Below are positions 9,146 to 18,384 of a stretch of 57,115 nt of DNA, piece by piece. A program made the translations under genes and the position numbers. The notes under the pieces were generated by a model that ran no database searches, was not told the origin of the DNA, and worked only from the letters and a program-made list of their open reading frames with translations. The stretch covers positions 1 through 57,115 of the forward strand of contig JACQBN010000010.1 in assembly GCA_016194455.1 (NCBI GenBank). Direction: 5' to 3'. The DNA comes from Candidatus Kaiserbacteria bacterium. GTDB taxonomy: Bacteria > Patescibacteriota > Minisyncoccia > Phycocordibacterales > Phycocordibacteraceae. Numbering within the stretch: the stretch's first letter is position 1; every line of letters begins with the position of its first letter.

Positions 9146-10316
9146 GCATCACGAGCTGCTCTTCGCGTTTGGCCTCGCGACCTTCGCCCTCGGGGCCCTC
9201 GTGCTCGGCCCATATCTTTTCGCGGCTTCCTACGAACGCTCATCGCTCGCCGCGGCAATTGCCGCGCCCCCCCCGGTCCTCGACCGCGCCGCCTACGACG
9301 CTCGGATGCTCGCGCTTGCGCATATCGACCTTGCTTCGACTACGCTCGGCACAAGTGCTTCGACTACGCTTGGCATAGCACCGCTCGCTATCGCCTCAAG
9401 CACCCCCTCGACTTCGCTCGGGGCAAGCGCCACGACAAGCCTCCCTCTCCTCGTAGCTACTACCACCGCCACGACGAGCGTCTCGGTAGAAGGGAAGCTC
9501 TGGCCGAGAGCCGCGGCGTATCCCAAGTACGGCGCGCTCCTGCCCTTCGACCGTATCGTCGCCTACTATGGCAACTTCTATTCCACTCGTATGGGAGTGC
9601 TCGGCGAATACCCGCCCGAAGAGATGCTCGCGATGCTCGCCTCCACAACCGCCGAGTGGCAAGCGGCCGACCCCTCGACGCTCACGGTCCCGGCAATCGA
9701 CTACATCGCCGTCATCGCGCAGGGGAGCCCAGGACAGGACGGCAAGTATCGCCTCCGGATGCCCGCTGACCAGATAGAGAAGGCACTCGCACTCGCAGAG
9801 GCGGCGAGCGGGATTGTGATTCTCGACGTGCAGGTGGGGCAGAGCACGGTTGAGGACGAGCTCCCGATCCTCGCTCCCTACCTTGCGCTCCCGCAGGTGC
9901 ACCTCGCACTTGATCCGGAATTCGCGATGCGCCCCGGCGAGCGCCCCGGCACCATCATCGGTTCACTTGACGCAAGCGACATCAACTGGGCAGCGACCTA
10001 TCTCGCGCAAATTGTGCAGGCGAATAATCTGCCGCCCAAGATTCTGCTTGTGCATCGCTTCACCGAGGCGATGGTGGGGCACCCGGAGGCGATTCTGCCC
10101 TTACCTGAAGTGCAAGTCGTGGTGGATATGGACGGCTTCGGTACCGTCTCCCGCAAGATCAGCACCTACACCAGCATCGTCGCGCCCGAGCCCGTAGAGT
10201 TCACCGGCTTCAAACTTTTTTATAAAAACGACATCCCGCCCCGGGGCGATCTGCTCATGACTCCCGCACAAGTCCTCTCGCTCACCCCCGCACCCGTGTT
10301 CATCCAGTATCAATAA
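9129..10316 (+). CDS. membrane-anchored conserved hypothetical (glycoside hydrolase-like barrel) with Ser/Thr linker
   Basis: N-terminal TM, S/T-rich linker, RIVAYYG...MGVLGE, HLALDPEF, DMDGFG, GFKLFY. Start placed at ATG 9129. Confidence 0.75.
   Translation: MPPRPKHHELLFAFGLATFALGALVLGPYLFAASYERSSLAAAIAAPPPVLDRAAYDARMLALAHIDLASTTLGTSASTTLGIAPLAIASSTPSTSLGASATTSLPLLVATTTATTSVSVEGKLWPRAAAYPKYGALLPFDRIVAYYGNFYSTRMGVLGEYPPEEMLAMLASTTAEWQAADPSTLTVPAIDYIAVIAQGSPGQDGKYRLRMPADQIEKALALAEAASGIVILDVQVGQSTVEDELPILAPYLALPQVHLALDPEFAMRPGERPGTIIGSLDASDINWAATYLAQIVQANNLPPKILLVHRFTEAMVGHPEAILPLPEVQVVVDMDGFGTVSRKISTYTSIVAPEPVEFTGFKLFYKNDIPPRGDLLMTPAQVLSLTPAPVFIQYQ
9332..9428. repeat. three REP-like ~24 bp hairpin units inside a CDS
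   Basis: TGCTTCGACTACGCTCGGCACAAG, TGCTTCGACTACGCTTGGCATAGC, CCCCTCGACTTCGCTCGGGGCAAG. Confidence 0.7.
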
Positions 10317-10323
10317 GCGAGAG

Positions 10324-10352
10324 TTGACAAAACGATCCACAGGATTTATATT
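10324..10352 (+). promoter_or_regulatory. sigma70 promoter TTGACA-17-TATATT
   Basis: Consensus -35 and near-consensus -10 with 17 bp spacer. Confidence 0.75.
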
Positions 10353-10410
10353 CCCCAGCGGATGATCGGCGGGCATCCCCAAGCCCCGCCACTCTTTTAG
10401 AGAGGCTCCA

Positions 10411-10731
10411 ATGCCGGCTCAAAAGGAATACATCGTCGCGCTTCGATACACGAAAGAAGCCGGCGGTTACGCGGGCGTTGTAACATGGACCGTTTCTCCA
10501 TCGAAAGCCGCTTTTGACGCACAGTTTAAAGATTACAAGGACCTCGAAGTAGTCGAGGAAGGAATCAGCGAAGAGCGAGCGATCCAGCTCTGCAAATCAA
10601 CGCCGCCCCAGAGCCTCCTCCTGGCCGCGCTCCAGGATGCCACCGATCGTGAAACTGGGCATATCAATTTCCTGCTACTCCGCGGGAATATCGAGCGGGC
10701 TCTCTTCGGGATCCAAAGCAACCTTACCTGA
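10411..10731 (+). CDS. hypothetical protein
   Basis: 106 aa ORF with own promoter, weak SD (AGAGG) and terminator. Confidence 0.7.
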   Translation: MPAQKEYIVALRYTKEAGGYAGVVTWTVSPSKAAFDAQFKDYKDLEVVEEGISEERAIQLCKSTPPQSLLLAALQDATDRETGHINFLLLRGNIERALFGIQSNLT

Positions 10732-10742
10732 CATTTCTATCA

Positions 10743-10771
10743 GCCCGCGCCGTCCTCGGCGCGGGTTTTTT
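10743..10771 (+). terminator. intrinsic terminator
   Basis: GCCCGCGCCG-tcct-CGGCGCGGGT-TTTTT. Confidence 0.85.
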
Positions 10772-10802
10772 CTTCTTCATACTAGCGCTATACTAGCCAC
10801 TA

Positions 10803-12566
10803 ATGGCCATCGATAACCCCGAGCGCGTGACCTACTTCGCCGCGACCGACTCTCGCGGGAAGAAAATACCCTTTGGCATCAAGCAGAAGGATCGGGACCG
10901 CCACATGTACGTCATCGGCAAGACCGGCATGGGTAAGTCGACCCTACTCGAAAACATGGCAATCCAGGATTTGCGGAACGGCGAGGGCATTGCCTTCATC
11001 GACCCGCACGGCGGTACCGTTGATCGCCTCCTGGATTACATCCCGCAGGAGCGGGTCAAGGACGTCGTCTACTTCGCCCCCTTCGATATGGAGAATCCGA
11101 TCGCCTTCAACGTCATGGAGGACGTCGGCTACGATAAGCGCCACCTCGTCGTCTCGGGGCTCATGGCCACCTTCAAGAAGATTTGGGAGGACGCGTGGAG
11201 CGCGCGCATGGAGTATATCTTGACCAACACGCTCCTTGCGCTTCTGGAATATCCGGGCGCGACTCTGCTCGGGGTCAATCGCATGTACACCGACAAGGGC
11301 TACCGCGCCAAGGTCATTGATAACGTGAAGGACCCAGTCGTGAAGGACTTCTGGCTGAAGGAATTTGCTAACTACGGCGACCGCTACACGCAGGAAGCGA
11401 CGCCCGCGATACAGAACAAGATCGGCCAGTTCACGGGGAATCCGCTCATCCGCAACATCATCGGGCAGCCCAAATCTTCCTTTGACATCCGTACGATGAT
11501 GGACGAACGCAAAATCCTCCTCATCAATCTCTCCAAGGGGCTGGTGGGGGAGACCAACATGCGCCTGCTGGGCTCTATGCTCACCACGCGCATCTTCCTC
11601 GGGGCGATGAGCCGCGCGAATCTCGCGGCTGGGGAGCTCGCGAAACTCCCACACTTCTATTTCTACGTCGACGAGTTCCAGAACTTCGCGAACAAGACTT
11701 TCTCCGAGATTCTCTCCGAGTCGCGCAAGTATCGGCTGGACCTCACCATCGCCCACCAATATATTGAACAAATGGAGGAGGAGGTACGCGATGCGGTCTT
11801 CGGCAATGCGGGGACGACCATTGCGTTTCGCGTTGGGCCGTTTGACGCCGAAGTGTTGGAGACCGTTTTCATGCCGCGCTTCACCAAGGAGGACATCGTG
11901 AGCCTCGATAAGCGGCAGATCTATCTCTCCCTCATGATTGATGACGTCGGGTCGCCTCCCTTCTCCGCCGTCACCATCCCGCCCATAGAAGCGCCACCGG
12001 TCTCGTACCACCAAGACGTTATCGCCTGGTCGCGTAAACAGTTCACCACTCCGCGCGGCGGGATCGAGAAGGCGATTATGGACGAACTCTCCGCGAGTCT
12101 CGCGGCCGAGATACCCGCCGATGCCCGGATGAAAAAGAAGTACGGGGCGCCCGTGCCACCTCGCGCGGCGGTTACCGCGCCGCACCCGCCGAGCGCCCAG
12201 GCACCATACTCGATCAACAGGCGTCCGCCGGACGAGGAACAAAAGTCTGGCCCCGCACAGCGGGGAGATCCGAGGACTTTTGTGAAACGTTCGGCGGACG
12301 CCCAGACCCCGTCTCCGCAACTGCCCGTTCCAAGCAAGAGCCCTGAAGATTTAAAAACAATTTTGCGCACAATGACCAGAGAGAGTACGAAGAGCCAGGA
12401 GCAGAAGAAGTCAGAGCAACAGCAGTCGTTGAAGAGCGTCTTGGCCGCGACGCTTGCGAAGAACACACTGCCTCCTCCGGTGCCTGCGCCTGCTCCAACC
12501 GCAGAGAAGAAGCCGTTTGAGATTCCCGAGGACGCGCTCCGCAAGGTGCTGAAGGGCGATGCATAA
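10803..12566 (+). CDS. VirD4/TrwB/HerA-like type IV coupling ATPase (CPR-type), Pro-rich C-terminal tail
   Basis: RHMYVIGKTGMGKS Walker A, IDPHG, YVDEFQNF Walker B, SESRKY, AHQYIEQ. Confidence 0.88.
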   Translation: MAIDNPERVTYFAATDSRGKKIPFGIKQKDRDRHMYVIGKTGMGKSTLLENMAIQDLRNGEGIAFIDPHGGTVDRLLDYIPQERVKDVVYFAPFDMENPIAFNVMEDVGYDKRHLVVSGLMATFKKIWEDAWSARMEYILTNTLLALLEYPGATLLGVNRMYTDKGYRAKVIDNVKDPVVKDFWLKEFANYGDRYTQEATPAIQNKIGQFTGNPLIRNIIGQPKSSFDIRTMMDERKILLINLSKGLVGETNMRLLGSMLTTRIFLGAMSRANLAAGELAKLPHFYFYVDEFQNFANKTFSEILSESRKYRLDLTIAHQYIEQMEEEVRDAVFGNAGTTIAFRVGPFDAEVLETVFMPRFTKEDIVSLDKRQIYLSLMIDDVGSPPFSAVTIPPIEAPPVSYHQDVIAWSRKQFTTPRGGIEKAIMDELSASLAAEIPADARMKKKYGAPVPPRAAVTAPHPPSAQAPYSINRRPPDEEQKSGPAQRGDPRTFVKRSADAQTPSPQLPVPSKSPEDLKTILRTMTRESTKSQEQKKSEQQQSLKSVLAATLAKNTLPPPVPAPAPTAEKKPFEIPEDALRKVLKGDA

Positions 12567-13320
12567 ATATTTTCTCGTCTTCGCGTTCCTCGCGCTCCCG
12601 GCGGCAGCGCATGCCGCCGTGCTTATCAACGAAGTCGCGTGGATGGGTACCACCGTCAGCGCGAACGCCGAGTGGATCGAACTCGCCAATACTGGCGCCG
12701 CGCCCGTGGACCTCTCCGGGTGGCGGCTCATGGCGGCGAGCAGCTCGCCCGCGATCACGCTCACCGGTTCTATCGCGGCGAGCGGATATTATCTGTTGGA
12801 GCGAACTTCAGACAATTCTGTGCCGAACATTTCTGCCGATCAGATCTACACTGGCGCGCTCCCCAACTCCGGCACCACGCTCACACTCTTTGACGCCACA
12901 GGCGCGACCGAGAACACTATTGTCGGCGGACTCAACTGGGTGAATATCGGCGGCGACAACAAAAGTAAGAAGACCGCCCAGCGCCTGCCTGCGCAGGCAG
13001 GAACGGCAACCAGCTGGGAAACAGCAACCCCGACGCCGCGCGCTGCGAATGCGACCTCGGCTCCCGCTGTCGCAGCGAAACTTCCCGCGCCCCCGATGAG
13101 TTCTACCAGGGTGCAGAAGGTCGAAGCTGCCGTCGGTACGAGCCTAAGCGAACCCACGCATGAAGAGACAGCGGTAATCGCCCCCGCGACGACGACTCCA
13201 CTCGCCGCCGCGGGGGCGGCCGAGCCGACTCCGCGAAGTGCAGGGCTCCTCTCTTCACCTTGGATGTTTGGTTTCATCGGTCTCTTGGTCGCGGCAGCCG
13301 GAGCGTTTATACTCCTCTAA
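12559..13320 (+). CDS. lamin-tail-domain (LTD) surface protein
   Basis: Signal peptide (AHA), VLINEVAWMG, EWIELAN, VDLSGWRL, C-terminal TM. Confidence 0.85.
   Translation: MHKYFLVFAFLALPAAAHAAVLINEVAWMGTTVSANAEWIELANTGAAPVDLSGWRLMAASSSPAITLTGSIAASGYYLLERTSDNSVPNISADQIYTGALPNSGTTLTLFDATGATENTIVGGLNWVNIGGDNKSKKTAQRLPAQAGTATSWETATPTPRAANATSAPAVAAKLPAPPMSSTRVQKVEAAVGTSLSEPTHEETAVIAPATTTPLAAAGAAEPTPRSAGLLSSPWMFGFIGLLVAAAGAFILL
12984..13001. repeat. 18 bp perfect palindrome in frame in a CDS
   Basis: CCTGCCTGCGCAGGCAGG, encoding LPAQAG. Confidence 0.7.
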
Positions 13321-15423
13321 ATGAATAGGCAAAAGCTCATCCTCGTGACCGGCGGCGCCGGCTTCATCGGCTCGCACCTCTGCGAGCGTCTCGCGCGTGA
13401 CGGCCACCGCGTCATCTCGCTCGACAATTACTTCACCGGCTCTCGCTCCAACCACGTCAGAGGTGTGGAGTATCGCGAAGGGCACACCAAAGACATCGCG
13501 CGGCTCGTCCCCGAAGACCTTGATGTCATTTATCACTTGGGGGAATATTCGCGCGTACGCCACTCGCTCGCGGAGCCCTCGGTAACGTTTGATTTGAATC
13601 TCCGCGGTACACTTGGCGTTTTGGAGTATTGGCGTGACAAGCGATGCAAACTTGTTTATGCAGGATCTTCAACAAAATTTGCCTATAGAGTGGAAGATGG
13701 AATTGAAGGCAAAAATCTAGCACCTTACACGTGGTCGAAGGCAGCGATGAGCGACCTTATCGTGCAGTACGCGCGGTGGTATGAGCTCCCGTACTCCATT
13801 ACCTACTTCTATAACGTGTACGGTCCGCGGGAGCGCGGCGACCAGTACGGGACACTCATTGAGATCCTCCATCAGAATTGGCTACAGGGCCTCACGCACC
13901 GGATTGCCGGATCGGGCAACCAGAAAAGAGCCTTCACACACGTTCTGGATACCATTGAAGGCATAATCCTTGTAGGAGAAAAAGGAGAGGGAGATGAGTA
14001 CGGCATTTGTGCGAAAGAAACCTATAGTCTCCTTGACGCAGCACGTATGTTTGGCGGCCATCTTGAGTATTCTTCCCCCACGCAGTCGACCCGTTCCTCC
14101 GAGGCGGTCGATACCGCGCGTATACAATCACTCGGCTGGCGCCAGCGCCACACCTTGCCCGGGTATATCGCCCAGATCAAAGCATCGGAGCACCCGCTCG
14201 AGAAGCCTGAAATCGACTTCGCGACTCTTAAACCTAGGAAACGGGTCCTTATCTTTTCGCTCGTGTATTATCCAAACTTTCACGGGGGAGCAGAGCCCGC
14301 CATCAAAGAAATCACCGACCGGATTTTGCCCTCCGATATCGAATTCCACCTCGTAACCTGTTGGTGGAACTCGAAAATTCCACGCACGGAACGATACGGA
14401 AATATTCTTGTCCACCGTATTGGTTTCGGGATACCCGACCCGCGTTTTGTGGACTACCGTTGGAATAAACGCTTACAGCTAAACAAGTATTTGTTCCAAG
14501 TTATGGCTGCGCTCAAGGGTCTCCAGCTGCATGCCCGGTATCACTACGACGGTATCTGGGCGATTATGGCTCACTCTGCGGGAGTTCCCGCCGCAATCTT
14601 TACATTATTTTCACCGCGCACCCCCCTCGTCTTGACTCTCCAAGAGGGTGACCCGATTGAGCACATTGAACGTGCCATGAAGCCAGTGTGGCCACTCTTT
14701 ACAAGGGCGTTCACCTCCGCATCGATCATCCAGAGCGTTTCAAACTATCTGAGCAATTGGGCTCGCGCGATGGGATATACGGGCACTATCGTGCTGGTAA
14801 AAAATGGCGCAAACCCAAACGACCTTAAAGAAAACTACACCCAGGAACAAGTGGGCGAGATCAAGCAAGAGCTAGGTAAGAAACCGGGTGACATTTTCTT
14901 GGTGAATACATCCCGACTCGTATTACAAAAAGGTCATGACCTTACGATACAGGCATTGCAGTATCTGCCGGCGCATATTAAGTACGTCATCGTTGGCGAC
15001 GGCGAGGACGAACAGAAGCTGCGAGATCTTGTGCGCAAGCTGAAATTAAGCGGCCGGGTTATTTTCACGGGCCGCGTCGATCGGTCAATCGTTACGCTTT
15101 ACCGAAAGGCCTGTGACATCTTTGTCGCTCCGTCCCGCTCCGAAGGGCTTGGCGCTGCTTTTGTTTCCGCGCTCGCGTCTCGACTCCCGCTCGTTACCTC
15201 CGGAGTCGGTGGAATTGCTGACTACGCGATTGATGGCGAGACTGCGTGGATCGTACCGCCAGAAGATCCTAAGGCGATTGCGGAAAAAGTGAAGGAAATC
15301 CTTGCGCATCCTGAAAAAGCGCACGAGATATCAGAGCGTGCTCGAAAAATGGTTGAGCGCGACTACGACTGGGATAAAATCGCCCACACAATGCAAAATA
15401 ATGTATTTGGTAAAGTACTATAA
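13321..15423 (+). CDS. NAD-dependent epimerase/dehydratase fused to a GT4 glycosyltransferase
   Basis: N half TGGAGFIGSH and YTWSK; C half YYPNFHGGAE, QKGHD, PSRSEGLG, YDWDKIA. Confidence 0.85.
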   Translation: MNRQKLILVTGGAGFIGSHLCERLARDGHRVISLDNYFTGSRSNHVRGVEYREGHTKDIARLVPEDLDVIYHLGEYSRVRHSLAEPSVTFDLNLRGTLGVLEYWRDKRCKLVYAGSSTKFAYRVEDGIEGKNLAPYTWSKAAMSDLIVQYARWYELPYSITYFYNVYGPRERGDQYGTLIEILHQNWLQGLTHRIAGSGNQKRAFTHVLDTIEGIILVGEKGEGDEYGICAKETYSLLDAARMFGGHLEYSSPTQSTRSSEAVDTARIQSLGWRQRHTLPGYIAQIKASEHPLEKPEIDFATLKPRKRVLIFSLVYYPNFHGGAEPAIKEITDRILPSDIEFHLVTCWWNSKIPRTERYGNILVHRIGFGIPDPRFVDYRWNKRLQLNKYLFQVMAALKGLQLHARYHYDGIWAIMAHSAGVPAAIFTLFSPRTPLVLTLQEGDPIEHIERAMKPVWPLFTRAFTSASIIQSVSNYLSNWARAMGYTGTIVLVKNGANPNDLKENYTQEQVGEIKQELGKKPGDIFLVNTSRLVLQKGHDLTIQALQYLPAHIKYVIVGDGEDEQKLRDLVRKLKLSGRVIFTGRVDRSIVTLYRKACDIFVAPSRSEGLGAAFVSALASRLPLVTSGVGGIADYAIDGETAWIVPPEDPKAIAEKVKEILAHPEKAHEISERARKMVERDYDWDKIAHTMQNNVFGKVL

Positions 15424-16127
15424 TGAATAAGATGACACCAAAATCCGCGGTCCTCATACACGGCCTCCATCTTGAGGCTAACGGCTGGGAATCGCTCGTC
15501 TGGGGCGATCCGGAACACGGTACGTACGGTACAATTCCCCGGGGCATACTCGAGGCATGGAAAACAAGTGCACACCTTATCTATTGGGGTACGGGAGCCT
15601 CGGAGCGCGATGGCAAGAAAGAAGCAGAGTGGATGTATGATCGCGCAATCTTGGGCATAGCCCAGTTGGCCACCTTGTGCGGCACAGATGTTGAATCGCT
15701 ACAATCTTTTTTGAAAGATCAATCAGTGAAAGATACCGAAGCAAAAGACACGAATACTGAGATCCGTGCCTGCTATGACGTTTGTATCGAACGAGGCATC
15801 GATCAATTAACCTTGATTCCGTATGCGAGCCAAGCGCCTCTCGCGGCGCGTCGAGCGTTGTGGATGGCGCTCGAAGACGAAAAATATTCCTCCTTTAAAC
15901 ACAAGATCACTATCGCACCTAGTGATACGCGCTATGTGGGCGTATCAATGCAGGACATCGTCATCTTTACGCCGCCGCATCGAGGTGATCGGATTGCGAA
16001 TCCAAGCCACACCCTTGCGCGCCGTACGCTCGATGTCATCCAACACTATAGCAAGGCGAGCGATAAAGAAGGCGTCGCCAACTTCCTAGCAGAGTGGGAC
16101 GCACTTCTCAAGAAGTTCGAAAAGTAA
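15423..16127 (+). CDS. hypothetical protein (possibly YdcF/DUF218-like)
   Basis: AVLIHG, WGTGAS...KEAEWM, AKDTNTEI resemble DUF218 elements. Confidence 0.6.
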   Translation: MNKMTPKSAVLIHGLHLEANGWESLVWGDPEHGTYGTIPRGILEAWKTSAHLIYWGTGASERDGKKEAEWMYDRAILGIAQLATLCGTDVESLQSFLKDQSVKDTEAKDTNTEIRACYDVCIERGIDQLTLIPYASQAPLAARRALWMALEDEKYSSFKHKITIAPSDTRYVGVSMQDIVIFTPPHRGDRIANPSHTLARRTLDVIQHYSKASDKEGVANFLAEWDALLKKFEK

Positions 16128-16131
16128 AGAT

Positions 16132-16683
16132 ATGTCGGAGAGCCTTGGTCTTATCTCCGATGCGATACGCCTTGCAACCCGGGCGCACCAGGGACAGACC
16201 CGCAAGGAAGACGATACGCCCTACATCGTGCACCCCTACGCGGTTGCGCTTGAGCTTGCTCGATACGGGTTTCCTGATACAGTCATTGCCGCTGCGCTCG
16301 CTCATGATGTCGTCGAAGATACCAAAGTAACCGCAGAAGAATTACGGGGCCAACTGGGCGACGAAGTAGCCGATATCGTCGCAGCCCTCACTCAGGACGA
16401 CTCGCTGTCGTGGGAAGAAAAGAAGAAGAAATACATCGAGACCGTCAGGAACGGCCCCGACAGCGTCAAGGCGGTGGCTACAGCCGATAAGGCAGCGAGC
16501 GCCCGAGACCTTCTCGTCGCGCACGCCGCACAGGGTCCTGCGGTCTGGAAGCATTTCAATGCAGGGAGGGAGAAGAAGCTCTGGTTCGAGAACGCGATGC
16601 TCTCGATGTTGCAGAAGTCTTGGAATCACGCGCTTGTCGATGAGTACGCGGCGCTTGTGGAGAAACTGAACACGCTCGCTTAG
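16132..16683 (+). CDS. HD-domain protein, small alarmone hydrolase/Mesh1-like
   Basis: AHQGQTRK, PYIVHP, AALAHDVVEDT, VATADK. Confidence 0.85.
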   Translation: MSESLGLISDAIRLATRAHQGQTRKEDDTPYIVHPYAVALELARYGFPDTVIAAALAHDVVEDTKVTAEELRGQLGDEVADIVAALTQDDSLSWEEKKKKYIETVRNGPDSVKAVATADKAASARDLLVAHAAQGPAVWKHFNAGREKKLWFENAMLSMLQKSWNHALVDEYAALVEKLNTLA

Positions 16684-17786
16684 TGCAAATCTTTTTGCCG
16701 ACGTTTCTCCTCTGCGCTCCGGAGCTGGTCGCGTTTCTTTTTGTATTCCTCCAGTACGGCCGGAGCGGGTTGCCGATCGTCGAGAACAGCCGCGAGGACA
16801 TGGGTCCAAAAACGAACCCGTTCTTGGTTGAGAATGCGAAGGTTCCCGGAGCATTTCTCTATAATGTTCGCGTAGTAAGAAATAATTTCTCCGAGACGAT
16901 AGATGCGCATCAGTTTGAGAGCAAGTGATTCCTCGGGAGTGCGGTTGAGGCGCACGTAGTCCATGAGCGCCTGCTGGAGCGGCGGATTATACAGCGCCAT
17001 GAAGTTGAGGAAACGCGCCCAACCCTCGTACTTGTTGCCGAATCGGAGCGATGAGTAATCAAGCAGGTAGATGTCGTGGCCGACGACGCGGAAGTTGTGC
17101 GGTACGAAGTCAGTGTGCGTGAGGAACCCCCCGTACTGCTCGATGATCTCGCGACTTGCTTCGAGGAGCTCCACACTTTTTTCAAGCAGTGCACGGAGAG
17201 CTTCGTCCGGTATGCGCTTGAGAATTTCTTTTTGAAATTGCCGAAAGGCTGCCAGGTAGCCGGCGGCGTCTCGTGCGCCAAACGTATTGCGAATAATCCG
17301 CTCGTGGCCATAGGTGGTGGCGTGTGCTCCCTCCTGTGCCTTGAAGGCCGAGAGCGCGAGCGCGAATTGTTCCTCGAGCGGACGCCCGAGGAATGGCCGC
17401 TCCTGCTCGATAAAGGCTTGTATCGACAGCGTATAGGGACCTCGTTTTGTAAAGAGGATTTCCTCGGGCGAGAGGAATGTCTGGTAGGCGAAGTTGATTC
17501 TTTGAAGCACGGCACGGCAGGTACGTTCGTGCTCAAGCTCGCGTATGCCCCCCGCATCGCTCGTTGCCTTGATGACAACGCGCTTGCCATCCTCGCGGCG
17601 GTGCCCAAGCAGAATAAGCTTGCGCCCACTCACCGTCGTAACCGCCCGCATCAAATAGCGTTCGCCAAAGAGGTGCGGCTGCTCCACTTCAAGCTCGAAG
17701 CCGAGCTCTGTGAGCACGTGCGCTATAACCGCGAGTTCACGATCCACATACTCCTGCCAGATTTGTTCCGCGTCGTTAGTGTGCAT
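16680..17786 (-). CDS. protein kinase-like (APH/choline kinase fold) phosphotransferase
   Basis: VVIKA, LEHE, LTHTDFVPHNF, YLLDY. Start at ATG 17786 overlaps the upstream gene's stop region. Confidence 0.75.
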   Translation of the reverse strand: MHTNDAEQIWQEYVDRELAVIAHVLTELGFELEVEQPHLFGERYLMRAVTTVSGRKLILLGHRREDGKRVVIKATSDAGGIRELEHERTCRAVLQRINFAYQTFLSPEEILFTKRGPYTLSIQAFIEQERPFLGRPLEEQFALALSAFKAQEGAHATTYGHERIIRNTFGARDAAGYLAAFRQFQKEILKRIPDEALRALLEKSVELLEASREIIEQYGGFLTHTDFVPHNFRVVGHDIYLLDYSSLRFGNKYEGWARFLNFMALYNPPLQQALMDYVRLNRTPEESLALKLMRIYRLGEIISYYANIIEKCSGNLRILNQERVRFWTHVLAAVLDDRQPAPAVLEEYKKKRDQLRSAEEKRRQKDLH

Positions 17787-18321
17787 GGTCGAAGAGAGTT
17801 TCAAGCGCGCGCAGATGCTCTTCCCAGGCATGTTCATATGCAACCCGCTTGGCGGGCGGAAAGGGCTGGAAGGGGATAACCTCCGGGCGCGGGAGCGGAC
17901 CATCGCTGATGACTTCGCATGCGCGGGAGAGCGCAAAACGCTCGATGATTCTGCGCGCGAGATGCCGCGTGGCATACTCGTGGGCTGCCTGGTCTCCGAT
18001 ACGTATGATAAGCGGGCGGCCCAAGATGAGAGCTACGAACGCAGCCGGCAGCTCTACTGATGGGCCGTTCTGCGCGTAGATAAGGTCGGCGTTACGCGCG
18101 GCGCCCAGGAGCGCAAAGAAATAGGCGAGCAAACGAAATGGTAGCGGCCACCGTTTATCTACAGCAACGATGGTGACTCCCAAGACCCTCTCGGGCAGCC
18201 GACCGTACGCGACGATGATCACCCTGTGGTCCTTCGACAAGCGCCTGGCCAGCTCCTTCACATAGGGAGCCGGTTCGGCGATTTCTGGAGGATAGAGCGG
18301 AGTCGCGAGCACTATGCGCAT
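17776..18321 (-). CDS. GT4 N-terminal-domain-only protein
   Basis: MRIVLATPLYPPEIAEPAPYVKEL closely resembles the 19270 GT4 N-terminus; no donor-binding domain. Confidence 0.7.
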   Translation of the reverse strand: MRIVLATPLYPPEIAEPAPYVKELARRLSKDHRVIIVAYGRLPERVLGVTIVAVDKRWPLPFRLLAYFFALLGAARNADLIYAQNGPSVELPAAFVALILGRPLIIRIGDQAAHEYATRHLARRIIERFALSRACEVISDGPLPRPEVIPFQPFPPAKRVAYEHAWEEHLRALETLFDHAH

Positions 18322-18384
18322 AATCGACACGGTACCATGATTCTGGTAACCACTGTCGGGGTTTGCGCGTTACGAGAAGTACCA

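Noticed and set aside
9332-9428. CRISPR array
   Set aside because: Units are adjacent or irregularly spaced, lie inside a CDS, and no cas genes are present.
10803-12566. Conjugative element (ICE)
   Set aside because: No relaxase, VirB4 partner, mating-pair genes or integrase in the window.
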